A DNA stretch of 64,000 nt from Candidatus Latescibacterota bacterium (GTDB taxonomy: Bacteria; Latescibacterota; UBA2968; GCA-2709665). The translations under genes and the position numbers were made by a program. Shown here one piece after another: positions 56,255-64,000 of the stretch; position 1 is the first letter of the stretch, and each line of letters starts with the position of its first letter. A model generated the notes under the pieces. That model saw only the letters and a program-made list of their open reading frames with translations. It made no database searches and was not told the DNA's origin. Location of the stretch: contig OZ242180.1 of NCBI GenBank assembly GCA_965205485.1, forward strand, positions 2,784,001 through 2,848,000. Direction: 5' to 3'.

Positions 56255-57673
56255 CTATCTCTTTTTGGGAATGTACAGGTCGGTCGCGGTACCCAGGTGG
56301 ATCTCGGCGGCGATGCCCAGGGATTCGGAGAGCGAAGGATGGGGGTGGATCGTGTGCGCCAGGTCTTCGGCGACGGCGCCCATTTCAATGCCGAGGACGG
56401 CTTCGGCGATGAGTTCACCGGCGTTGGGGCCGACGATCCCCGCCCCCAGAATTCGGCTGGTTTCCGGGTCGAAAACCAGTTTCGAAAGTCCCTCGGTTCG
56501 GCCGAGCGTTGCCGCCCGGCCTGAGGCGGCCCAGGGAAAGCGTGCGGTTTTCACAGGGCGGTCCTGCGCCCGCGCGTCGGTTTCCGTGAGGCCGCACCAC
56601 GCGATCTCGGGATCCGTGTAGACAACAGAGGGGACGATGCTGTCAAAGGCCGCCGGTTGGCCGGCGATCACTTCGGCGGCGACTTTCCCCTGGTGGGCGG
56701 CCTTGTGGGCGAGCCCGGGGCCATCCACCACGTCTCCAAGGGCGAAGATGCGGGTGTCGGCCGTACGCATGTGTCCGTCGACGACCATGAAGCCGGCATC
56801 CGTGAGCCCCACCCGCGTGTTTTCCAGTCCCAGGTCCCGGGTGTTCGGAACCCGACCGGCCGAGAGCAGGATGTTGTCGAAGGCCTGCGCGCTTGCTTCG
56901 AGGTCCCCTTCAAAGCTCGCGGTTATCACGTTATCACTTTCCTCCAGGGAGGCGACGGCGGTGTTGACATGGATGCCGTCAAAAATGCCCTCGAGGTACT
57001 TTTGCAGGGGTTTGACCAGGTCCCGGTCCACACCGGGAAGGAGGCCGCCGGTGATCTCGACCAGCGTCACACGGCTTCCCAGCCGGGCGTAGACGGTACT
57101 CAGTTCGAGGCCGACGATCCCTCCGCCTACGGCAAGCAGGCGATCGGGGACGTTCTCCAGTTCGAGCGCTCTGTCCGAATCCAGGATCTTCGGACTGTCG
57201 ACGTCGAAAACAGGGGGCACTGCCGGCCGGGACCCCGTGGCGACGATGGCATGCACGAAGTCGATTTGCGAGACGCCGTCACCTCCGGAGACGCGGATCC
57301 GCCGGGAAGACTCGAATGCCGCTCGACCTCGGATGCGCCTGATACGGCGGCGCCGGCACAATGCGTCGAGGCCTCGCGAGAGATTCGCGAGAATTCCGTC
57401 TTTCCAGCCGCGCATCTTTTCGAGATCGATTTCCGGTTCGGAAAACGTCAATCCAAAGGCTGCCGCTTCACGGGACTCCGAAATCAGGCCGGCGACGTGC
57501 AGCAGGGCCTTCGACGGGATGCAGCCGCGGAGCAGGCATGTTCCTCCGAGCCGGTCGTCGGCTTCCACCAGCGTAACCGGGATACCGAGGTCCGCCGATC
57601 TGAACGCGGCGGCGTAGCCGCCAGGCCCGCCGCCGATGACGAGGAGGTCGGTCTTGTGGGTGCCATTCGGCAT
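56255..57673 (-). CDS. lpdA: Dihydrolipoyl dehydrogenase (E3)
   Basis: GGGPGGY, GGTCLLRGCIPSK and HPHPSLSE. Confidence 0.95.
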   Translation of the reverse strand: MPNGTHKTDLLVIGGGPGGYAAAFRSADLGIPVTLVEADDRLGGTCLLRGCIPSKALLHVAGLISESREAAAFGLTFSEPEIDLEKMRGWKDGILANLSRGLDALCRRRRIRRIRGRAAFESSRRIRVSGGDGVSQIDFVHAIVATGSRPAVPPVFDVDSPKILDSDRALELENVPDRLLAVGGGIVGLELSTVYARLGSRVTLVEITGGLLPGVDRDLVKPLQKYLEGIFDGIHVNTAVASLEESDNVITASFEGDLEASAQAFDNILLSAGRVPNTRDLGLENTRVGLTDAGFMVVDGHMRTADTRIFALGDVVDGPGLAHKAAHQGKVAAEVIAGQPAAFDSIVPSVVYTDPEIAWCGLTETDARAQDRPVKTARFPWAASGRAATLGRTEGLSKLVFDPETSRILGAGIVGPNAGELIAEAVLGIEMGAVAEDLAHTIHPHPSLSESLGIAAEIHLGTATDLYIPKKR

Positions 57674-57736
57674 GGTCGCTCCGGACGAGGGTACGCGGAC
57701 GGCCGTGATGCGGTCCGTAGGGTCGTCTGAACGGGT

Positions 57737-59029
57737 TCATCCCCCGAGGAGCATGCGCTCCGGATTCTCCAGGGATTCAACCAGATGTCTTGTGAATCGT
57801 GCGCCATCGGCTCCGTCCACGACGCGATGGTCGTAAGACAGGCAGATGGGCATGATGAGACGGGCCTCGACACGTCCGTTGCGCACGACGGGTTCCTGCC
57901 GGGACCGTCCCATGCCGAGTATGGCGACTTCGGGGAAGTTGACGATGGGGGTAAAGGACGTTCCGCCGATGCTTCCCAGGTTGGTGACGGTAAATGTGCC
58001 GCCCTGGAGCTCTTCGAGGTCGGCCCGTCCCTCTCGCGTGCGGCGGGCGAGATCGTCGAGTTGAATGGCCAACTCGAAGATGTCTTTCCGGTCGACGTCG
58101 CGGATAACCGGCACGAGAAGGCCCCTGTCCGTATCAACAGCCACGCCGATGTGGTAGTAGCGCTTGAGAACGAGCTGTCCCGCGGCCAAATCGAGGCTGG
58201 CGTTGAATTGCGGGAAGGCCTTCAGCGCGCTGACGACGGCTTTCATTACAAATGGCGTGGGCGTGAGTTTGCCGCCCCGGGCATCTGTACTGGCCTTGTG
58301 TCGCTGCCTGAAAGCTTCCAGATCCGTCGCGTCGGCCCGGTCGAACTGCGTCACGTGGGGTACCTGCGACCAGGCCGTGCCCACGTTCTGCGCAATCGTC
58401 CTGCGGACCCCGGGCAGGGGTTGTCGCTCGACGTGGCCCCATCGGGTGAAGTCCGGCAGGTCCGGCGCGACGACGGGCCCTGCCTGCGCTGCTTCGTTCA
58501 GGGAGGACTGTACGTATCGCTTTACATCGTCGCGGGTGATCCGACCTCCCGCGCCGCTGCCCGGAACCTGGCGCAGATCGACGCCGAGTTCCCGGGCGAA
58601 TCGTCGCACGGAAGGGGCGGCCGGCACGGTGACGCGTGAGGTCTCCGCGGCGACAGGCGTCCCTTCGTCCGGGCCCGCGTCTGCCTCAGCCGGCGGCGCC
58701 TGCGGTTCCTCCGGCGCGTCCGCCGGAGGCGGCTCGACATCATTGCCTGTCTCGTGCGATTCGCTCGCGGCTTCCCGCCCGTCCCCGGAAAGTGCCGCGC
58801 TGACGGTGATCAGCACGGCGCCGGGCGAGATGCTTTCGCCGCTCCTGACGTTGACCGAAGCGACGGTTCCGGCAATTGACGATGGGACTTCAACCAGCGC
58901 CTTGTCGGTTTCCAGTTCGATAACGGGCTGATCGACCGCGATTGAATCTCCTTCCGACACCAGGATGCGCACCACGTCGCCCTGATCGATGCCTTCGCCA
59001 AGGTCCGGAAGTCTGATCTCATCCGCCAC
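57737..59029 (-). CDS. aceF: Dihydrolipoamide acetyltransferase (E2) with a single lipoyl domain
   Basis: ETDKA lipoyl site, AAPSVRRFARELGVDL and DHRVVDG; GTG start with AGGAGG. Confidence 0.93.
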   Translation of the reverse strand: MADEIRLPDLGEGIDQGDVVRILVSEGDSIAVDQPVIELETDKALVEVPSSIAGTVASVNVRSGESISPGAVLITVSAALSGDGREAASESHETGNDVEPPPADAPEEPQAPPAEADAGPDEGTPVAAETSRVTVPAAPSVRRFARELGVDLRQVPGSGAGGRITRDDVKRYVQSSLNEAAQAGPVVAPDLPDFTRWGHVERQPLPGVRRTIAQNVGTAWSQVPHVTQFDRADATDLEAFRQRHKASTDARGGKLTPTPFVMKAVVSALKAFPQFNASLDLAAGQLVLKRYYHIGVAVDTDRGLLVPVIRDVDRKDIFELAIQLDDLARRTREGRADLEELQGGTFTVTNLGSIGGTSFTPIVNFPEVAILGMGRSRQEPVVRNGRVEARLIMPICLSYDHRVVDGADGARFTRHLVESLENPERMLLGG

Positions 59030-59119
59030 GGTTCCTCCTTTGCGGGCGCCACAGACGCAGCTGGAGTTTTAGCCCTGAGATATCGCCCAACGGCAACCCG
59101 TTTCCGGCACGTGACATAA

Positions 59120-61822
59120 CTATCCGTAACTCAATGTTGGGCCGGCCGAGACGGGATTCGCTTTATCGGGGTCGACGCCAAGGTCCGCGATGGCGCGTGC
59201 AACCTCGTCTGATCCGATCATTCCCTGGCTGGAGAGGGCGTGGATGGCGGCGACGGCGATGGATTCGGCATCGACTTCGAAGTGCCGGCGAAGCGCCTCT
59301 CTGGTATCGCTTCTTCCGAAGCCGTCGGTACCCAGCGAGACAAGATCCAGCGGCACCCACGGCCGGATCATGTCGGGCAGGATCTTCATGTAATCGGAAG
59401 CAGCCACGACGGGGCCCCTGGCGTCTTCGAGTACTTCAGTGATGAAGGGCTTGCGCGCCGGTTCTGACGGATGTAACCGGTTCCAGCGTTCCGTCTCCAG
59501 GGCGTCTCTTCGAAGTTCCTTGTAACTGGTGACGCTCCAGACCTGCGCGGAGATGCCATATCTCTCAGCCAGAATGCGCCTGGCGCGTATGGCCTCCCTC
59601 AGGATGGCGCCGCTTCCGAACAGTTGAACCTGGTGAGCCGCGCCTGCCAGCGACGCCTCCTTGAGTTTATATATGCCTCTGATGATGCCTTTTCCGGCGC
59701 CCTTGGGCATGGCCGGCATGTCGTAGGGTTCGTTTCCCAGCGTCAGATAGTAGAAGATGTCTTCCTGCTCGTTGTACATCCGCCGGATCCCGTCCTGGAC
59801 GATGACCGCGATTTCGTACGCATAGGCTGGATCGTAGGTGAGCAGATTGGGTACGGTGTTGGCCAGTACGTGGCTGTGGCCGTCCTGGTGTTGGAGGCCC
59901 TCGCCGTTCAACGTTGTCCGGCCGGCCGTGCCACCCAGGAGGAATCCCTTGCAACGCATGTCCGCGGCGGCCCAGATCAGATCGCCGATGCGCTGAAAGC
60001 CGAACATGGAGTAGTAGATGAAAAACGGGATGGTGTTCACTCCGCAGGTCGCATAGGCGGTGCCGGCGGCGATGAACGAGCACATGGAACCGGCTTCGTT
60101 GATTCCTTCTTCCAGAATCTGGCCTTCCCTGACTTCCCGGTAATACAGCAGCCTGTCGGCGTCGACCGGCTCGTAGAGCTGGCCGACGCGGGAGTAGATT
60201 CCGCATTGCCGAAAAAGCGGTTCCATACCGAACGTGCGGGCTTCGTCCGGAATGATGGGTACGATGAGCTTTCCGATGTCGGGATCGCGCAGGAGCTTGG
60301 AGAACATGCGGACGAAGGCCATCGTCGTGGACGCCTGCCGCCCCTGCGTGCCCTTCAGGAATTCGTCGAACAGGTCCAGCGAGGGGACGGCGAGAGGTTC
60401 CGTGTTGACCTGCCGGCAGGGCAGGTACCCGCCCAGTTCCTCCCGGCGGCGCTTCAAGTATCTTATCTCGGGGCTGTCATCAGGAGGCCGGTAGAAAGGC
60501 GCGGCGGCGACTTCGTCGTCGGAGATCGGGATACCGAAGCGCGACCGGAATTCCCGAAGTTCGTCCTCGTTCAGCTTCTTTTGCTGGTGCGTGACGTTCC
60601 GGCCCTCGCCGGATTCGCCAACCCCGTACCCCTTGATTGTCTTCGCCAGGATGACGGTGGGTGAACCGCGGTGCTCCACGGCCGACCTGTAGGCGGCGAA
60701 GACTTTTTCCGGGTCGTGCCCGCCGCGTCGCATCTTCTGCAGCTGTTCGTCCGAAAGGTGGTCGACCATATCCAGCAGACTGGGATGCGTGCCGAAGAAA
60801 TCTTCGCGGATATATTCGCCCGATTCAACGGTATATTTCTGGTATTGGCCGTCGACCACTTCGTTCATGCGCTGTACCAGGATGCCGTCGTGGTCGCGAT
60901 TCAGCAGCGGGTCCCAGTCGTCTCCCCAGATGACTTTGATGACGTTCCAGCCGGCGCCGCGAAAGGCGGCTTCCAATTCCTGAATGATCTTGCCGTTGCC
61001 GCGTACGGGCCCGTCAAGCCGCTGGAGATTGCAGTTGATCACGAAGATGAGGTTGTCCAGCTTTTCCCTGGACGCCAGGGTGATTGCGCCGAGGGATTCG
61101 GGCTCGTCGGTTTCGCCGTCGCCCATGAAGACCCACACGTGGGAGCCGGAGGTATCCTTGAGGCCCCGATCTTCCAGGTAGCGGTTGAACCGCGCGTGAT
61201 AGATGCCCATAATCGGCGAAAGGCCCATGGACACGGTGGGGTATTCCCAGAAGTCGGGCATCAGCCATGGGTGAGGATAGGAGGACAGCCCGCCCGGACG
61301 CCGGAGGTCCCTGCGGAAATTTTCCAGGGCTTGCTCGTCGATCCTCCCTTCGAGGAACGCCCGGGCGTAGACACCCGGCGCGGCGTGCCCCTGGAAATAC
61401 ACCTGGTCGCCCACGAATCCGTTGCCACGGCCGTGAAAAAAGTGGTCGAAACCCACCTCGAGCAGCGTGGCGGCCGATGCATAGGTGGAAATGTGGCCGC
61501 CGATCCCGTCGTATTCCCGGTTGGCCCGTACCACCATTGCCATTGCGTTCCATCGGATGATGCTCTTGATACGGCGTTCGATTTCGCGGTTGCCCGGGTA
61601 CGGATGCTGCTGGTCCACGGGAATCGTGTTGACATAGGGCGTATTGGCGCTGAACGGGATGACGACGTCCGCACGGTTCGCCCACTCTTCGATTTTCTTG
61701 AACAGGAAGCGCACCCGGTCCGGACCGTAGTTTTTCAGAGCGTAGTCGAGCGATTCGATCCAGTCCTGGGTCTCGGCGGGGTCGACGTCTCGGGATGGAA
61801 CTCGAACGACTTTGTCAGACAT
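59120..61822 (-). CDS. aceE: Pyruvate dehydrogenase E1, homodimeric type
   Basis: GGHISTYAS, SSYPHP, GDGETDEPE, NCNLQRLDGPV and GEGLQHQDGHS. Confidence 0.96.
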   Translation of the reverse strand: MSDKVVRVPSRDVDPAETQDWIESLDYALKNYGPDRVRFLFKKIEEWANRADVVIPFSANTPYVNTIPVDQQHPYPGNREIERRIKSIIRWNAMAMVVRANREYDGIGGHISTYASAATLLEVGFDHFFHGRGNGFVGDQVYFQGHAAPGVYARAFLEGRIDEQALENFRRDLRRPGGLSSYPHPWLMPDFWEYPTVSMGLSPIMGIYHARFNRYLEDRGLKDTSGSHVWVFMGDGETDEPESLGAITLASREKLDNLIFVINCNLQRLDGPVRGNGKIIQELEAAFRGAGWNVIKVIWGDDWDPLLNRDHDGILVQRMNEVVDGQYQKYTVESGEYIREDFFGTHPSLLDMVDHLSDEQLQKMRRGGHDPEKVFAAYRSAVEHRGSPTVILAKTIKGYGVGESGEGRNVTHQQKKLNEDELREFRSRFGIPISDDEVAAAPFYRPPDDSPEIRYLKRRREELGGYLPCRQVNTEPLAVPSLDLFDEFLKGTQGRQASTTMAFVRMFSKLLRDPDIGKLIVPIIPDEARTFGMEPLFRQCGIYSRVGQLYEPVDADRLLYYREVREGQILEEGINEAGSMCSFIAAGTAYATCGVNTIPFFIYYSMFGFQRIGDLIWAAADMRCKGFLLGGTAGRTTLNGEGLQHQDGHSHVLANTVPNLLTYDPAYAYEIAVIVQDGIRRMYNEQEDIFYYLTLGNEPYDMPAMPKGAGKGIIRGIYKLKEASLAGAAHQVQLFGSGAILREAIRARRILAERYGISAQVWSVTSYKELRRDALETERWNRLHPSEPARKPFITEVLEDARGPVVAASDYMKILPDMIRPWVPLDLVSLGTDGFGRSDTREALRRHFEVDAESIAVAAIHALSSQGMIGSDEVARAIADLGVDPDKANPVSAGPTLSYG

Positions 61823-61892
61823 TTGCGTCCTCGTCAGCCTCTCTTATACATAAACCCTAACTTACAACCTCACACCGACCAATCGGCCCCTG

Positions 61893-61921
61893 AATTTACC
61901 GGTAGATGCGCGAAAAGTCAA
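61893..61921 (-). promoter_or_regulatory. sigma70-type promoter for aceE-aceF-lpdA
   Basis: Minus strand TTGACT-N17-TAAATT. Confidence 0.55.
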
Positions 61922-61958
61922 ATTTGTTGCCCTTTCGCGCGGCTTGGGCGGAAACAAG

Positions 61959-61993
61959 AAAAAAGCCCCCGGAGGCGCGCCACCGGAGGCTTT
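61959..61993 (-). terminator. Intrinsic terminator after the PFOR beta-type gene
   Basis: Minus strand aagcctccgg-tggcgcgcct-ccgggggctt followed by a T run. Confidence 0.75.
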
Positions 61994-62030
61994 ACGTACA
62001 GCGATCCGTTGAATTGTGTACAACGTGTCT

Positions 62031-63674
62031 TCAGATAATACCGGCCATCTCCTGGAGCATGCGCCAGTTCTGCCGGCGGTCTTCCTGGGCGGCCATCAGG
62101 GTTTCGGATGGATTGCCTTCTTTGTCGAAGTGCTTGGCGAAACGCCCCTCGGTCCGGGCGAAAGTAACAAAGTCGACGGTTTCACCGGTCTTGCGAATGG
62201 TATACCAGTCGTCCTTGACGGCGGGGTTCCCCCGGAGATCCAGCCGCTCCTTGATGCGTTCTCCCTTGCGCGGATCGTAGATGAAGATGGGGAATGCCCT
62301 GGACTCCATGGCCAGTTTGGCCTGGTGTCCGGCCAGGTGGTCTCCCACGCCGTGTTCGGGCTGGCACGTGGTGAAAACGTTGATGACGGCCGGGCCGTCG
62401 AATTCGTTGGCGGCGGCGATCGCGCGGTAGAAGTGGTTCTGCAGGCTGCAGATGGTCTGGGCCACGAACGTGTCCGGATGCATCATGCAGATCTGGCCGA
62501 GTTCCTTGCGGCGTTCGGTTTTACCGGGAACGGCGGAGCCGTGGACGGACATTTTGGTGTTCTGCCCCATGTAACTTGAAGTGGAGGCCTGGCCGCCGGT
62601 ATTTGAGTACACCTGGGTATCCAGGACCAGGACGTTGATATCCATTCCGGACATGAGCATCCGCGAGAGCGCCTGGAAACCGATATCCAGCATGGCCCCG
62701 TCTCCGCCGATGACCCAGATCTTCTTGTCCTGCCAGCCCATCTGATCCCAGCGGGCACGCACGCCCATGGCATCTGTGGGCCCGTTTTCGAAGAGGGAGT
62801 TGGTCCAGGGCACCGTGTAGGGGTTGTATGGATAGGTGGAGGTGTAGACGGTATTGCAGCCGGTGGATGCGACGAGGCCGATGTTCTCGGGTCCGTGCAG
62901 ATAGCCCGTGGATGCCAGCATCATGCGCAGGGCTGTGGCTTCACCACAACCCATGCAGGATCCGGCGCCGCCCACGTAGAGGAGCGATCTTTCGGCCAGC
63001 ATCATGTCCTGAACGGATTTTTCGAGGATATATTCGCTGGGAGATTCAGGCAGGTCGTTGTGGAAGTCCCAGGCGGCTCGGAATTCCTCCAGGTTGTCTT
63101 CCGTCTTCGTAACCATCTTCAACGCGTCTTTGTCTGCGCAGACTTCGACGCACTCGGCGCAACCCTTGCACTTGGTGGGATCGATGAAAATGCCGAAATA
63201 GGCGCCTTCCTTGCCCTTCTTCTCAAAGTTCTTGTAGTACTTCGAAGTCTCGGAAAACTGGTTGCGCAGAAATTCCCGCTTTTCCGGATCGGTCGTCTTG
63301 GCCAGTGCGGCGTCCAGGTCTTCGCGGGTCGCAATCTTGCCGAGAATGGCCGTATCGGGACATTCCGTGACGCAGTCCATGCAGCCGACGCAGTTCTCCT
63401 GGATGAATTCCGGGATCTCGGGCGCGATGTAGCTGAAGTCGCGAAGGGCGCCGGTGCCCGGCCCCACGAGGCTGCGGGCAACGCCGACGTCGGCAGGCAG
63501 CCCCTGTTCGGCAATGCCTGTATTGTAGCCGGCCACAACACGGCCGTTGAAGTCTTCGATATCGAGCAGGGTATGCAGGTTTAGCGGAGACGAAGAGATC
63601 GGCTCCTCGTCCATTTCCTCCAACGAACTGACGCTCAGCAGCGTGGAGGGCTCGCTTTTGCCATTGGTCGACAT
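62031..63674 (-). CDS. Pyruvate:ferredoxin oxidoreductase subunit (2x[4Fe-4S] ferredoxin domain + TPP-binding beta domain)
   Basis: CVGCMDCVTECP, CKGCAECVEVC, GSCMGCGE, STGC, GGDG and YSNTGGQ. Confidence 0.9.
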   Translation of the reverse strand: MSTNGKSEPSTLLSVSSLEEMDEEPISSSPLNLHTLLDIEDFNGRVVAGYNTGIAEQGLPADVGVARSLVGPGTGALRDFSYIAPEIPEFIQENCVGCMDCVTECPDTAILGKIATREDLDAALAKTTDPEKREFLRNQFSETSKYYKNFEKKGKEGAYFGIFIDPTKCKGCAECVEVCADKDALKMVTKTEDNLEEFRAAWDFHNDLPESPSEYILEKSVQDMMLAERSLLYVGGAGSCMGCGEATALRMMLASTGYLHGPENIGLVASTGCNTVYTSTYPYNPYTVPWTNSLFENGPTDAMGVRARWDQMGWQDKKIWVIGGDGAMLDIGFQALSRMLMSGMDINVLVLDTQVYSNTGGQASTSSYMGQNTKMSVHGSAVPGKTERRKELGQICMMHPDTFVAQTICSLQNHFYRAIAAANEFDGPAVINVFTTCQPEHGVGDHLAGHQAKLAMESRAFPIFIYDPRKGERIKERLDLRGNPAVKDDWYTIRKTGETVDFVTFARTEGRFAKHFDKEGNPSETLMAAQEDRRQNWRMLQEMAGII

Positions 63675-63798
63675 GGAAATTTACTCCCGATCCGGCTTGA
63701 ACGACCTCAACCGGCCGGATCTTTACGGTTTATGTTTCTATCGACGTCATGTCGTCACGCATCCGGAATCACGCTGTGGGCGGGACGGAAACGACCGG

Positions 63799-64000
63799 TC
63801 AGCATCCGATCGAGACCAAGCCGGCCGGAAGTTCGTCCGTTTCCTGATCGATTGTGCTTTCGATCAGTTCCCTCGGGACTTCGAATACTTCCCGGTACCC
63901 TCTCCTTATGGCGCCCATATTGGCCTCCACGACGCCCTTGCCCTTGCTCCCCCAGTATTTGTTGACCGCGTTTTCCACGTTGACGAACAGCTCGTCTTCC
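63799..64000 (-). CDS. 3' end of a PFOR gamma-domain-containing subunit (partial; enters from the right edge)
   Basis: Manual translation EDELFVNVENAVNKYWGSKGKGVVEANMGAIRRGYREV...C*; this KxxGxKG..VVE.N..AI..G motif is typical of PFOR gamma-domain ends. Confidence 0.75.
   Translation of the reverse strand, partial: EDELFVNVENAVNKYWGSKGKGVVEANMGAIRRGYREVFEVPRELIESTIDQETDELPAGLVSIGC

Noticed and set aside
63940..63960. Suspected frameshift in the C run of the partial PFOR gene
   Set aside because: A recount gives five C (63949-63953), which keeps the frame YWGSKGKG intact.

Overview
A GC-rich bacterial chromosomal window that is mostly housekeeping genes. A dockerin-like EF-hand module, a GWxTD/TPR protein and an FlgD-Ig/T9SS-like C-terminal domain suggest an FCB-group lineage such as Latescibacterota or Gemmatimonadota (inference). 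From left to right it carries a partial adenosine deaminase, tRNA-Gln, gltX, two tRNA-Ser genes bracketing a HAD/MoaD/PRTase trio, nnr, a split carB with pyrK and pyrD, rlpA, an S1 paralog, an ArfB-like factor, an orphan RND permease, His6-type hisA, thiL, copA and an amidase. After a ~10 kb Psp locus come thiI, LysR/ino1, several secreted repeat proteins, aceE-aceF-lpdA and PFOR genes. The best candidate for an undescribed system is that locus (about 29.3-39.1 kb). It has a sigma54 promoter ahead of pspA, a 2-TM winged-helix protein, three paralogous membrane proteins sharing a PspB-like coiled-coil tail, a STAS protein, an unlisted 58-aa membrane protein, an ECF sigma factor and NfeD-flotillin. 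It ends with a soluble TPR histidine kinase paired with a PspF-clade activator that has gained a receiver domain and lacks the PspA-binding Trp, so the Psp response may be rewired through two-component signalling. Also notable are a ~190-bp MITE-like element in two copies, with a repositioned internal hairpin and a solo terminal repeat exactly at the carB split, and a lipoprotein with 31 uninterrupted 9-aa repeats. I saw no CRISPR array, rRNA, integrase or transposase. All family calls come from motif recognition by eye; no searches were run.
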